64,000 bases of DNA from Zygnema circumcarinatum SAG 698-1b (GCA_037447605.1 CM074804.1:62001-126000); one strand, 5' to 3'. Shown: positions 1 to 12,493, numbered from the stretch's first letter. Made by a program: numbers and translations. The notes: generated from the sequence alone by a model not told the origin.

Positions 1-121
1 ATTGTTTGCCATCCAAATTGTTCAAAAACACATGGTAACGCACGTCACATCACGTCACGTCACATTCTAGAATTTCAGAGTTTTGTTTGATTGAGATTCA
101 AATGGGGCCCTAGAGGGAGTA

Positions 122-232
122 GTGACTGAGGCTATGAAGGGGAAGGTGAGCAAGTTGGACCATCTAATGGAGCGGGCGAAGGAGTACTCCGACTTTCTGT
201 TTCAGCAGATGAACGGATTAAATCTTGCAAGG
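122..232 (+). pseudogene. Short fragment resembling the N-terminal coiled coil of DDM1/HELLS-type SNF2 remodellers
   Basis: Translation KVSKLDHLMERAKEYSDFLFQQMN resembles the recalled DDM1/HELLS motif KLDxLLxxxxxYSxFLxxKM. No helicase exons are visible downstream. Confidence 0.3.
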
Positions 233-1264
233 ATTCATCGTGGTTTTCCATATTGTGTTGTTGGTGTCTTCATTAGTGAAGTCGATGGATTGACTGTTGG
301 CAGCTTCGACTGTGTAGATTAGTTTGAATGGTATTGTGGTCGTGAATTGAGTCGGTAGCCAGCCAGTTATGTACGATCTGTATGTATGTATGTTATGTGA
401 TGGTATGTCAGTTATGCATCTTGTGCCTTCAGCCACTCGTGTAGTGTGGCTGAAGTTGAGTCTCTCCCCCTCTCCTTTTCCCTCTCTGTATCGGCATCGA
501 GCGAGGATCCTTCAGCCTGAGCCACAAGAAGTGGAAGCGCTAGCAGTAGGCAGGAGGTGCACGCAAAGGGGTCAGGCCACAACACACAATAAGCTGCATG
601 TTTTGCTCCACACGGCCTCGACCGCGGATCGCTGACGTCCTTGCCGCCGTCCGATGACTCCCGGGCCGACCGTCCGATGGCAGGCCCTCGCGCCCGCTCC
701 CGGCGTGCCCGGCACGGCGATGCCGCAGGGACCGTACGAAATGTACGGCCGCAGGCCCTGTAAAGCGTACGGGGGTGTACGGTCGTCCTGCCCGGCCTTG
801 ACCGCGCGCCTGGCCTCGACAATTCAATGGAATTCCTATACGTTTTTAAGGAAAATTTTGAGATTTTTCTAAGGGATTTTACGGGATAGTGCAAAGCACC
901 TAAGAAAAGCCCTAGTTATCGCGCCGTCCTCTCCCCGGCCCTCCACAGGCGCGCTGCCGCGGCATCGAGCAGTTCTCGCAAACCCTCTTGTGGGCCCGGC
1001 CCCACACATTTTCTCTAATTAATTCACTCCCTATTTTACTCCGTTGCAAAAGATGAAAGATTAACACAATAGAATTGCTGAAAAGAAAAGAATATAGAAA
1101 AACTCTTTATACATTAAAGAGAATCGTACAAACTAGGTGTACTTGGACATGCTCCTCCAAGGACCGCAAGCACCACCTTCAACTACACACAATGAAGTGC
1201 AGCACCTCTCTGCAAGCTTGAACACTGTCACTCTGCCAAACCAATGTCCTGTTACGCAATAATA

Positions 1265-1946
1265 AGGAGAACTATATACCGCCCCCCCCCCTTTTTTGGT
1301 TATCCCGCCACTGTTTTTTTGAAATCCGACCCTCCCATTTCGGCTATTCTGTCCCCTGTTTTGAAATATCCCGCCCCCCCCATTCTGGATATTTCCCCCC
1401 CGTTTTCTCCTTCTCACACATCAGCGCAACGTTCGAGAGTGAGAGCAAAGGAGAGAAAGAGAGTGAGCAGAGGAGTGAGAGCAAAGGAGAGAGAGACTAG
1501 AGTAGAGAGCACAGGAGAGAGCAAAGGAGCGAGAGAATGAGCAGAGGAGTGAGAGCAAAGGAGAGAGAGACTAGAGTAGAGAGCACATGAGAGAGCAAAG
1601 AGAGAGAGAGAATGAGCAGAGGAGAGAGAGTAGAGGAGAGAAAGACTAGAGGAGACTAGAGGAGAGAGCAAAGGAGAGAGCAAAGGAGCGAGAGAATGAG
1701 CAGAGGAGTGAGAGCAAAGGAGAGAGAGACTAGAGTAGAGAGCACAGGAGAGAGCAAAGGAGCGAGAGAATGAGCAGAGGAGTGAGAGCAAAGGAGAGAG
1801 AGACTAGAGTAGAGAGCACAGGAGAGAGCAAAGGAGCGAGAGAATGAGCAGAGGAGTGAGAGCAAAGGAGAGAGAGACTAGAGTAGAGAGCACAAGAGAG
1901 AGCAAAGGAGAGAGAGTAGAGGAGAGAAAGACTAGAGGAGAGAGAG

Positions 1947-1995
<49 letters not shown>

Positions 1996-2732
1996 AGAGT
2001 GAGAGCAGAGGAGAGAGACTGAGAGCAAAGGAGAGAGAAGAGAGAGAGAGAGAGCAAAGGAGCGAGAGCCGAGGAGAGAGAGTATAGAGGAGAGAGAAAG
2101 AGCAAAGGAGTGAGAGTAGAGGAGAGAGAGACTAGAGCAGAGGGCAAAGGAGAGAGAATGAGCAGAGGAGAGAGCAAAGGAGAGAGAGAGAGTGCGTAGA
2201 GTGAGAGCAAAGGAGAGAGAGACTAGAGGAAAGAGCATAGGAGAGAGCAAAGGAGAGAGAGAGAATAAGCAGAGGAGAGAGAGTAGGGGAGAGAAAGACT
2301 AGAGGAGAGAGAGCAGAGGAGAGAGAGAGAGAGAAAGAGAGAGAGAGAAGAGAGAGCAAGCAAGCCAACCATTACATCATGACAGAGCTTCACACCCACC
2401 AAAAGAAAAAGGATAAAAAGAGAATAAAAAGTTCCTAAATATAGAAAAAATCGCAAACCGAGGGGAAGAAGGGAAGGGAGGGGTGGGCAGGGGAGGGGAG
2501 GGGTGGGCAGGGGAGGGGAGGGGAGGGAAGGGGAGGGGAGGGGAGGGGTGGGCAAGGGAGGGGCGGGGAGAGGACGGGAGGGGTGGGAAAGAAATATTCA
2601 AAACAGGGGGGCGATCTCCTCCCTAAATATCCAAAATGGGGGAGGGGGGCAGAATAGCCGAAATGGGAGGGTCGGATTTCAAAAAAACAGTGGCGGGATA
2701 ACCAAAAAATGGGGGCGATATATAGTTCTCCT
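1265..2732. mobile_element. Non-autonomous TIR element (Mutator-like?) filled with a GA-rich minisatellite
   Basis: About 85-bp terminal inverted repeats: AGGAGAACTATATA..CGCCCCC..TTTTTGGTTATCCCGCCACTGTTTTTTTGAAATCCGACCCTCCCATTTCGGCTATTCTG at 1265, and its reverse complement ending at 2732. No clean TSD seen. Confidence 0.75.
1435..2360 (+). repeat. GA-rich minisatellite, 74-bp unit, decaying into (GA)n
   Basis: Unit GAGTGAGAGCAAAGGAGAGAGAGACTAGAGTAGAGAGCACAGGAGAGAGCAAAGGAGCGAGAGAATGAGCAGAG recurs at 1706, 1780 and 1854 (period 74), with degenerate copies on both sides. Confidence 0.9.
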
Positions 2733-2967
2733 ACTTATATTGCATTCAGCTAAAAGCACACCCCAATAACTTTATACCAAGTAATTTACAAAGAAAAAAA
2801 AAAGTAATTAAGTAAGTAATTCAGCGTCTTACAAATCTAATTACCACATTCCATTACCGCCTGCCCGCTCTAACTGTGACGGCCCTCCTCATGCCGACCG
2901 CCGTCACTGTACCCGCAGCCGCAACTGTCCTTTCTGTGACAGTCACGGTTATGGCATGGCTCATAGT

Positions 2968-4549
2968 CAGGGTTCGTCAAATAGGGGAGATCCCCTAAAT
3001 ATCGTAAATAGCTTATTTATGTAAGATTTTGAGATTAGTTTACGTGATTTCAACTTTAATACCACACAAGCCCCAAGAAAACATTTTTTTGGTTAAAAAC
3101 AAAAAGGAAATGAATTGCATTTGCAACCACGATAGCAATGATGTATATGAACTTTACTTGTTGGTATAACAACACAGCTTTAGAAACTGGTGCAACCTCT
3201 TCGACTATTATAGATTGGTAAATTTTACCAATCAATTAGAACAACTGTGCATTTGGCAATCACAACATATAGTTGCTTATTCAGAAACCCAATTGCACGG
3301 AAACTTTGTAGATCCAATCCTAAGCTCTCTATTTCCTTTTCCTTCCATCATTAATTACTCCAAGTATCACTTAAGAATCCATCATAGTCTTGAAATTTCC
3401 TCACAAAAACTCTATTCCAAATCATAACCTCTGAAATTCTAGGTGTAGTCACAAAAGAAAAACTGAAATAGGAACTAAAATTAGAAATGAAATGAAAAAT
3501 TGTCTCACTCCCTTAAGAGTTTTAGGCTGAACAAGACAGCTATAGAAGTGATGCAAACTACTCAAAGAGACCCTCGAAGAGCGGTCAAACTATCAAACTG
3601 TTTGCAGTGAAGAATGCCTTCCAATGAAAAGTCTGTCAACCAAGCGACAAACTTTCATCAAGTCTGTCAACCTCTTTTGAAACTCGTCTTTCTCCCATCC
3701 AATTACTGAAAAATCAGACTCGACGGTAGCAGTGCTGGGAAATGATGAACGTCCGTACGTGCACGGTTTCGTCCGTACAGTCCATATTTACGTGTTTTTA
3801 CAAGGAAAATTCTATTCTCACACCTTTTTTGTCTACACACAGACCTTTTTTCGCTGGGCAGATTTTACAATAGTAAAAAAAGGATTAACAGCAGAAAATG
3901 CTACTTTCACACTTTTTTTGGAATCGGCACACAGCCGTTGTCCGTCGGGCAAAATTTTTTTACAATCCGCGCGGAGCGGAAGATCCGTCCGCCACGAGAT
4001 CGGTCGCGGCTGTGCGGCCTTCACACGTGTGATTAATCCCAGCCGTCGATTCTTTCGTAGATCGCACCACGGCAGATCACCGTTCGATCTGCAGCCGGGC
4101 TCGGCCTCAGCGAATGGCACGCGTCCAAGGACCTTTGAGCCGACTTGTGTGTGACACGTGGGCGCGTGCCATTCGCTGGGACCGAGCCCGGCTGCAGATC
4201 GAACGGTGATCTGCCGTGGTGCGATCTGCGAGATAATCGACGGCTGCGATTAACTGCAAGTGTGAAGGACGCACACCCGCGACCGATCTCGTAGCGGACG
4301 GATCTTCCGCTCCGCGCGGATTGTAAAAAAATTTTGCCCGACGGACAACGGCTGTGTGCCGATTCCAAAAAAAGTGTGAAAGGAGCATTTTCTGCTGTTA
4401 ATCCTTTTTTTACTATTGTAAAATCTGCCCAGCGAAAAAAGGTCTGTGTGTAGACAAAAAAGGTGTGAGAATAGAATTTTCCTTTTACAAAACCAAGTTA
4501 GGGGACAGTCCCCTATCCTAAGCCGAAATCCCCTATTTGACGAACCCTG
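2968..4549. mobile_element. Non-autonomous hAT-type DNA transposon
   Basis: 21-bp TIRs CAGGGTTCGTCAAATAGGGGA ... TCCCCTATTTGACGAACCCTG. Perfect 8-bp TSD CTCATAGT at 2960-2967 and 4550-4557. CAGGG ends with an 8-bp TSD are typical of hAT. Confidence 0.88.
3804..4482. mobile_element. Foldback/Mutator-like MITE nested in the hAT element
   Basis: About 320-bp near-perfect inverted repeats starting GGAAAATTCTATTCTCACACC and ending GGTGTGAGAATAGAATTTTCC, with a ~30-bp loop. 8-bp TSD TTTTACAA at 3796-3803 and 4483-4490. Confidence 0.88.
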
Positions 4550-4964
4550 CTCATAGTCTTTATTTCTCCCTTATACAAGGGACGACCACGAATCTATTTA
4601 CGGCATAAGGGATTCCGTACACGAGTTCCTTAAATTGTAGAGGCCTGCCCGCGCGCCTTGATTTCGGTCTGCGGGAGGGAGAGGTGGGGAGAGGGAGAGG
4701 GAGAGGGAGAGGGAGGGGGAGGACGAGGGTTGGGAGGGAGTGGGAGAGGGAGCGGGAGAGGGAAAGGGAGCGGGAGAGGAAAAAAGGGTGTAAGAGAGAG
4801 CGAACGAGAGAGGGGGGAGAGAGAAGGGGAGAGAAAATAGGGCGGGAGGAGGCGCGTGGTCAGAAGGGGCGCCGCTGCTGTAAGGGTGACGAAGGGGAAA
4901 AATTGGGTCATAGGGCGCCTGCTCGGGAGTTGGGGGAGCGCGACCTCGGAGGTTAGAGTTCAGC

Positions 4965-6905
4965 ATGTCTACTCCGGCGAGAAAGCGGCTGATGCGAGAC
5001 TTTAGGCGGCTGCAAACAGATTCGCCAACTGGCGTGACGGGTACACCGCAGGATAATAATATTATGTTATGGAACGCAATTATTTTTGGGTACGTGTCCT
5101 CGGAGATGGATGATTGCCTGTATGGCTGCTCCGACTGCGAAGATTGATGTGCTGCGCTGTTTGAAGCATCGTGAAGAATGCATTCAAATCTTGATAAATT
5201 TGATAAAAAGTGAATGATGCGAATAGAGGGGAGCTTTTCCAATGATAATCATGTCATTTTTCACAAGCATGTGTTGTTATTCAAATTCACATGCGGTTAC
5301 ATGTGGTCTATAGCAGCGCTCTTGGTTGGAGTAGATGTTAGGGTTCGCCTTGTTGGCTGGTCTTGATAGATTTACGTCTGAGGAAATCGCTTCCAGTTTT
5401 TTTACTTCTCTGTCGCGTTAGCAATGAGCAAGTTTTATGAGAACTGATAGGTCTGTAAAATTGCTTGCTGATTGCAGACCCGAAGAAACGGCTTGGGATG
5501 GAGGTCAGTATGCTTCTCAACGTGTGACGTTTTGTTTAATTCCTAATACATGTGGTGTATAGGGCCATCTTGCCAAGCTCGTCGTGTTCTAGTTCCAGTT
5601 TATTTGTAGGGTTTTTCTATTCGCAGTTGCACTGTTTGGAACTCCAACTGTCACTTTGCCTTCTGCATCTTCTCGATTCAGACACGCGTCCTCTTTAAAT
5701 GCCGTCGTTGCGTTCAAGCTGATGATGAAATCAGTGTGACTTCACTCATTACAGCTGTTCGAAGTCAGGAACGACAGGTGTTTTGATGGAGGATGTGTTC
5801 GTGGCTGAGCAGGTACATTCAAGCTGACAATGCAGTTCACGGAAGATTATCCAAACAAACCACCTATTGTTCGATTTGTATCCAAAATGTTTCATCCAAA
5901 CAGTAAGGAAGCTATCAACCCTGAGGAATTGTCCCATTGTCAGCATCATTCATTTGCTGCTCAGCATTCCAGCATGTGCGGTCTGTATTATGATTATCAA
6001 GTGGACGAATGTGGGTCTTTCAAAAGAAGTAGGCAGACTTTCCCATCGACGCTAAGCAGTGAGCCACCCTTGTCTCTTTTCGGGTGAGGATGTAATACAG
6101 TTTATGCAGACGGGAGCATTTGTCTTGACATTCTTCAAAATCAATGGAGTCCCATTTACGACGTAGCAGCAATTTTAACTTCTATCCAGGTATGCTTCCC
6201 TTTTCAATGTGAAACGCAGCGACTAGCAGATGGGACGGTAGGATTAGGTTTTTGCTCTTGTCCTTCCCGATAATCTGGAAGTGTATTTAGGGTTAGTGCT
6301 CAAGGATCAGCCGTCAATCTACAAATATCATGAGGCAGTTTTCAGTACTACCTCCCAGCTCGCATTTCAATTCATGCCTGGTATTTATCCACTCTTGCGG
6401 TCAATACCAGGGAAATTAGTGTTTCTCTTTTTTTTTTTTTGTGTCAGGCTTTTGTACGTATATGATTCTCAGCGCGCCTAACCTTTGACTCAGATTATGA
6501 AGTACATCATTCCTGGCTCATTGTCTTAGTTTAGTTGCGTTTGTGCACATTCTGAGTGAGAAAGGATTCAGGGTTTACGTAGTCATTTAAGATCTGTGAA
6601 AGACATGCACATGTTTTTTGGTTTATTCGATATGGATCAGGTGCCAGGGACTTTGCTTCGTTACTGGCAATTGCCTTGGCTTTCAATTGTGATGTTACGG
6701 TGCCGAAGTTGCCTGCAAGGATGTACTAAGGAAATTGTAGAAGGTCGATGATCATTTTGCTGTGCTGTTTGCGCAGTCACTTCTTTGCGACCCTAATCCC
6801 AACTCTCCAGCAAACGCGGAGGCTGCAAGGTTGTACAGTGAGAATCGTGCTGAGTACCGCAGACGCGTCAGAAACATTGTGGAGCAGAGCTGGACAGCTG
6901 ATTGA
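4965..6905 (+). CDS. UBC2: Ubiquitin-conjugating enzyme E2, RAD6/UBC2 family (5 exons: 4965-5089, 5478-5503, 5813-5902, 6101-6189, 6777-6905)
   Basis: [17 protein letters not shown]...[10 protein letters not shown]...FHPN|[30 protein letters not shown]|[13 protein letters not shown]...VEQSWTAD*. Catalytic Cys present; GT-AG introns. Confidence 0.97.
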
Positions 6906-8051
6906 TGGCGGCCTGCACGGATGTGAGGTGTAGCGTACATGCTGCCACTTCCGGCTTTATTTTAGCCACAACAAGATCGCAATCACGGATCATATACAGA
7001 GGAGCATCGGCATTGTAGATGGACCAATGATAGGAGCGCTGGTCGGATGGTTACTCTTCACAGAATTTAGTTCGGCGGAGGAGTAATCGGCTGGTTTTGT
7101 TGATTGAATTGAATTGCATGGTGTGGGGGGCAAGGTGAGGGAAGGGAGAAAATGGAGATAGCTGGGAGTCGCTTTTGAACTGTCGGTCGTCCTGGTTGTA
7201 ACGCTTCAGGCTGAAGCCCTTCCAACGAAGAGCTATTCTGTGCAGCTCAGGCGGGCAGGAAGTACTGCAGCTTGTCATTGGGGTCATAGGTCCATTCTTC
7301 TGCGGAGTTGTTGTACCATTCGAGGTGTGCAGTTGGCAGTCAGAGCTGTGGACGCGACGGGATTTTCGTTCTATTTGTACAGTTTAATCCTCACAACAGC
7401 ATAGAGCCAATTTTCGCCCCCCCCCCCCCCCCCCCCCCCCCCCNNNNNNNNNNCCCCCCCCCCCCCCCCCCCCCTCCCCCTTTTCTCTTCAGCTTGATGC
7501 CACTGTCTATGTGTGCTGGGGCTGTCGGCTCACAATGGTGCGGATGCACCGCTTTGTGATTATTTAGCACGAGGGTCTGTGCAGACGGAGCAAGCCGGCG
7601 GGGTGCCTCGTGGTGATGCATCTGCTACTCATCGTGAATTGTTGTTAATTGTGCGTATCTTTCGTTGTTTCGTGATGGAGTTTTTGGTTGACTGGCTTTG
7701 AAAGTTTCTCCTGTTACAAATGAAGAATTGTTGCGCATTGAGAGTAAGTGTGCACGTGTGAATGAAGCGTCAATAGGATCTTTGTTGATTTTTCGCACCT
7801 ATCATCATGGTACTAGGCTCTGTAGGGGCGGAAAATAATTCTGCGTTAACAATCCGTTCACAATATTGCAGGATTTATTGCACCAAGAGCACAAAGCTGT
7901 GACACGTTTTTCTTAAGTGTCATTGTAACACTCGGGTTGGGAAATAACTCGTCAATATGTGTGCACTTGTGTGTACTCTGCTCTGATGAAGCACAGGCAG
8001 ATTATGAATACACAGTGTGTGTATTCTCCCTCGACGTTGCCAAAGGCAGCT

Positions 8052-9623
8052 CTACTGGCCGATTGGCCCCTCGTGGAACGCCCTGACGATTTTTCGCTTG
8101 AAGGTGTGTGAAATGAGGATGGAGGCGAAGCGGAGGGGTGAGGCGAGCAGCCCCTCCGTAATGGCGCCCAGCCATGTGCTTGCAGGAAAGAGCCCCCGCG
8201 ACAGTGTCTGTAAAAAGCCTCCAAGAGGCATCTGCGTGGTCACAAAGTAGGTGCCCCGCTTCACCGCCGTCATGGTGCACTTGGCGATGTGCTCCGGCGT
8301 CTCCACTTTGCTGCGGTCGTACGCGCTCGCGATCTTCATCATTTTGTTCAGGTTGGACCCCCCCAACTCCGCTGAAAATGGAGGGTCCATGGGTTGGGTT
8401 AGTACACCCGCGAGGCCTCCGTGTGCCCTCGCAGATGATTTCAGTTACATGAGTCTCAACTTGAACTACATTCCACTGCACCGTATGCAATAAAGGACCA
8501 ATGAGAGCATCGAGTAAGTGAGATTTTTTCCTCAGGCACGCGTTTTTTTTGGTGAAGTAAAGCTCACCCTCGTCAAGAAGAGGTGTCTCTGTGAAACTTG
8601 GGAATATGATGGAGACATTGATGTTGTACGGCAGGAGTTCAGCCATAAGTGTTTCTGCCAAACCTCTCTGAGCATACTTAGTTGCCGTGTACACGGCTGC
8701 ACCATACCAGAAACTCTGCGAGAATAACAGCTGCTTCTGTCAGCCCTTTCACTGGCCAATTCCAATTAATTCGGGACCATAGAGAAAGTGGGAGCATCCA
8801 CCAAGAAGAACAAAACGCAATAGACAGAAAAGATCTCGAATGTGTTCCTTTTGACTAACCGGCGTTTGCACTTACCAGAGCCGAGAGAGAGCTCATGATA
8901 ACAATGTGACCTGGACTTGCGTGGCTGCGCTGCTTCATGAGGGGGAGGAGCGCATGTAAGGGGTAGATTGTGCCCATTAAATTTGTCCGCACTTGAGACT
9001 CGATGTCTTCAATCTCACAAGCTTCAAAGTATCCTGTCTTCACAATGCCCGCGTTGCATATAAACACGTCGATCGGTCGTCTGCTAAAAATCTCGCGAAC
9101 CGCCATTTGTATGGCGATTTTATCCGTGATGTCAACAGCCTAGAAGGACGACGGGATCAAATGGAGTGAGGCAGGAGCTGGGTGCACAAAAATGACAAAG
9201 CAATATCCACACGGAATGTTGCAGCACCGCCTCTCTCCCCCCACCCCCCCCCTTCCCCTCCCCCGGGGGGCTCATCTCACTTGCGTCTCCACGGCCACGC
9301 AGGCCGCCTTCTCGCTGCAATCCTTCACCGCCGCCTTGGCCCTCTCGAGCCGCGTCCTGTCGCGCGCCAGCAGAGTGACGTGCGCCCCCTGCGGCAGCAA
9401 CGACAGCCACACGCATCCTTTTAAGCATTGCCTTTGGCGGGCCCCGGCGCACATGTATGCATCAGGGAGGGAGGGAGGGAGGAAAGGAGGGAGGGAGGGA
9501 AGGAGGGAGAGGGCGCACCTCCCGGGCGGCCTCCATGGCGCAGGCGAGGCCGATCCCGCTGGAGCCCCCCGTGATGACCACGTGGCGCCCCGCCACCGAC
9601 CGCAGGCCCATGCCCGCGCCCAT
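8052..9623 (-). CDS. TSC10: 3-ketodihydrosphingosine reductase, SDR family (exons 9519-9623, 9281-9388, 8876-9139, 8568-8715, 8052-8371)
   Basis: HVVITGGSSGIG Rossmann motif, CNAG, catalytic YTATK, ALRGLAE-like segment, FPSFTETP, hydrophobic C-terminus. Spliced frame is continuous. Confidence 0.85.
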
Positions 9624-11066
9624 GTCCGGGGGGGGTCCTTCTTGCGAGCGCACAGAGCGGCTTTAGAGGATCAAAGCGCGCAACAGAACTGCGTAGCATG
9701 GAGCGCCGCGGCGAGGCCGGCCGCCGCTTTATCGCGGGCAGCGGCCCGGACCGGACTGGACCCGCACGGACGGACCGACCGACCGCGGGACGGGTCACAA
9801 GTGTCACGAGTCGCGGTCGCCGTCGCGGTCGCCGCGGGACAGCCGCCAGCAGAGGCGGGGAGGGGNNNNNNNNNNGTTGAGGAGGGGAGGAGGGGGGGAG
9901 GGGGAGGGCAGGGGAGGGGAGGGGGAGGGCAGGGGAGGGGAGGGGGGAAAAGGGCAGGAGAGGGGAGGGGGAGGGGAGAAAAGGGGAGGAGGGGGGGAGG
10001 AAAGGGGAGGAAGCTAAGAGGCCTTTACAATGGATGTGCATGAATGCGGGCCTATGGTTTGATAACTCAACTACTCGGCGAGGATGTAAAGGCATAAATT
10101 GTAACTTGGGATGAACCCTACGGTGAAAACTACGTCGTACTGAAGCGCTTGAATTTGCGTTTGCACTCTCACGAGCAGGGAACATCGCAACAAGCGAGTG
10201 GGCGAGCAGGGGGGGCGCGCTCAATCATCGTTGACGGTAACCGCGGCTGAATCCGCTATTGGCGTAGCTACAAGGCCATCCAGCCCTGCCCGTGTTTCAT
10301 ATATGCGATTCGTATGGCCTGTATATATATTGTGAGCATCCCAACTTGGTCTAGAATGTAACGCGAGGTTGTGTAGGCAAGTATTGACAACCTTAACCCA
10401 TATGAAAGTTGGTGACTCGAGTCTCCTCCTGTCCATCACCACCACAGTGTGCCTTGTGTAGTAAGTGGCCGTGACGGGCGTAACTCGCAGAAGAGTATCG
10501 TCGTAAGGATGAGAAAGCAGTACCGCACAGGTCGGACCATTGGACAATGGATAATGGAAGCAGCTTCCGTTGCATGTGAGACATAAGTTCGAATCACCAA
10601 GTCGGCGTGTAATATTTTGCGCTTGTAGGTAACGATTCCAGGCATTGCAAAGGTCAACCATGTGGGAACCATCGATGGGTGGAGTAGCGAACCATTGCAA
10701 ATGGTTGTGAACCATTGGAACGAATCATCGATTGCAAATGGATGCAACCATTGGATGCCAATAAGTGTTCACCCTTCCAATGGCTGTGAAACAAGTCGGC
10801 ATAAGTCAGCCGTTGCCGTTGCCCGTTACCATTGCATGCCCAATGGTTCACAACCATTGGAAGGTCAACAATTGTCGTCTGATGATAAGCCAATGGTTGG
10901 CGATTCAACGACCGGACCTGTGCACCAGTCCAGGATTTCACTTGCCATCGATCTCCCGACAGCATGTCACCTGCACATGGGCGACGACAAAGCGCACAAC
11001 TCAACTGAAGGGAACAGCTCACAAATGACCTGCGGAGGAAACGACATTGCGACGAGCTCCCGTCCG

Positions 11067-11167
11067 AAAGAAAGGAGAAGAATAGAAAAAGGAAGGAAGA
11101 AAACGAAAAGGAAAAAAAGAAAAAAAAGAAAAGAAAAGAAAAGAAAGAAAAAAAAAGGAAAAAAAAA

Positions 11168-11198
<31 letters not shown>

Positions 11199-11250
11199 AT
11201 GGAAAAACAAAATGAAAAAAAAAAAGAAAAAAAGGACAAAAAAAAAATGA
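11067..11250 (+). repeat. A-rich low-complexity tract
   Basis: Interrupted poly(A), (AAAAG)n and (AAAAC)n runs. Confidence 0.9.
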
Positions 11251-11650
11251 AGGGAAGGGGGGGCGGTCTTCCTTTCCTTTTTTTTTTCTTTTCCTTTTCT
11301 TCCCCTTCTGTTCTTCTGTTTTCAGTCGCCAGGCACAGCCACTGGCACTGGCACCAGGCGAGCGTGGCAATGGCGTTTTCGCGCTACGCACAAACTGTGT
11401 GCCCCCCCGCACTGAACTGAACCAGTACCGCACCAAATCGAACAATACCATACAGTGCAAACAGGAACAAACAGGACAAACAGCAACAAATGCATCATCT
11501 GCCAGCAAAAGGACAGGCTCTCGGGGTAGAATGTGCCACATAGCCAGAAACATAGGATGTGTCCAATAAACCAGAAAGCGTAGCCACGTCCCGCAGCTCA
11601 CTAATTAGCAAAAGCAATATAAAAAAATTAATAGTACAATAAATGGACAC

Positions 11651-11782
11651 ACATGTTCCAGGACGATTGAGCATGCAGTCAGTAGTCCTGACGCTCACCC
11701 AGCCCCGGCTATACTCTGCTCAGCATTTGGGACGACTCCTCTACAAGGACCGAGAAGCCGTAGGGAGATATCAGCCGAGATT
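11651..11782 (-). ncRNA. Box H/ACA snoRNA (copy b, cluster 1)
   Basis: Hairpin CTCGGC..GCTGAG, H box AGAGTA, hairpin CCGGGG..TGAGC..GCTCA..TCCTGG, then ACA plus 3 nt. Confidence 0.75.
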
Positions 11783-12192
11783 ATCTAGTCGTCACTAAGC
11801 ACTGACCATAGATAATCCATAAAAGCGTGCAGCGAACAAGACACGCTTATCATCACATGCGCCTGCAAGCATTTACCACACATGACCTTTTCTCACATCT
11901 TTCCCTCACAATCGAGAGATGGAACTCACCTTTTGCTGTGATTACTGCTTCATGCTTCGAGCCCAGTCCCCTTCAGGCTTGACCTTCTCGCCATGAGAGT
12001 AGCCATCTGTACGAGACTGGCCAATTCTGTATCAAGAGCAGCACCACATCGACCCAGTCATTACACCAATACAACACCAAGACACCTGCAACAAATACCT
12101 ACCATCCCAATCACGATAGCCATTTTACAACATACTCCAGAAACGACATCGATGCAAAACTAAGGAATAGTAGATCTTCACAAGCAAATAAA

Positions 12193-12291
12193 TTGCACTC
12201 TCTTCAGTTCAGGTCTCCATGTTTTTCCGCAGCGTCATTGACGCATAGGTAGAACGAAAGTTTTAAAAGTACTCATCAGCAAGGAGTGCAA
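12193..12291 (-). ncRNA. Box C/D snoRNA, U59/snR54-like dual guide (cluster 1)
   Basis: Terminal stem TGCACTC/GAGTGCA, C box TGATGA, D box CTGA. Guides AACTTTCGTTCT (18S) and TGGAGACCTGA (25S). Confidence 0.85.
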
Positions 12292-12493
12292 AATCGAAGT
12301 CAGATACCAAGTACCTAGGGTTGTAGGATGAAGCAGCAGCATGTCAATCATCACGTACATCATAAAGTACCCTCAGAAACAAGCATCCCATCTAACTTTG
12401 ACGGTAATATATTGGCATCTGAAAACAATCAGAAACACTTGACTGCACTTGAAGAAAGTTCGAATTGACGTAGGAGCAATCAATATGAATCTC

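Noticed and set aside
1414-2769. Many L/S- or G/R/E-rich ORFs
   Set aside because: Translations of the GA minisatellite and G-run repeats; no domain signal.
3732-4388. Near-identical ORFs on opposite strands
   Set aside because: Artefact of the palindromic foldback element.
5720-5812. ATGATGA...CTGA pair in UBC2 intron 2 resembling a C/D snoRNA
   Set aside because: CTGA coincides with the branch/acceptor region, and I found no rRNA-complementary guide.
7444-7453. N runs (also 9866-9875 and 32115-32124)
   Set aside because: Assembly gaps within homopolymer or microsatellite tracts, not biological features.
10655-10905. CRISPR-like repeat-spacer appearance
   Set aside because: Repeats are only 6-9 bp, in mixed orientation and irregularly spaced; eukaryotic context with no cas genes.
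10654-11601. 315-aa and 252-aa ORFs rich in F or K
   Set aside because: Kept open by the poly(A)/poly(T) tract.
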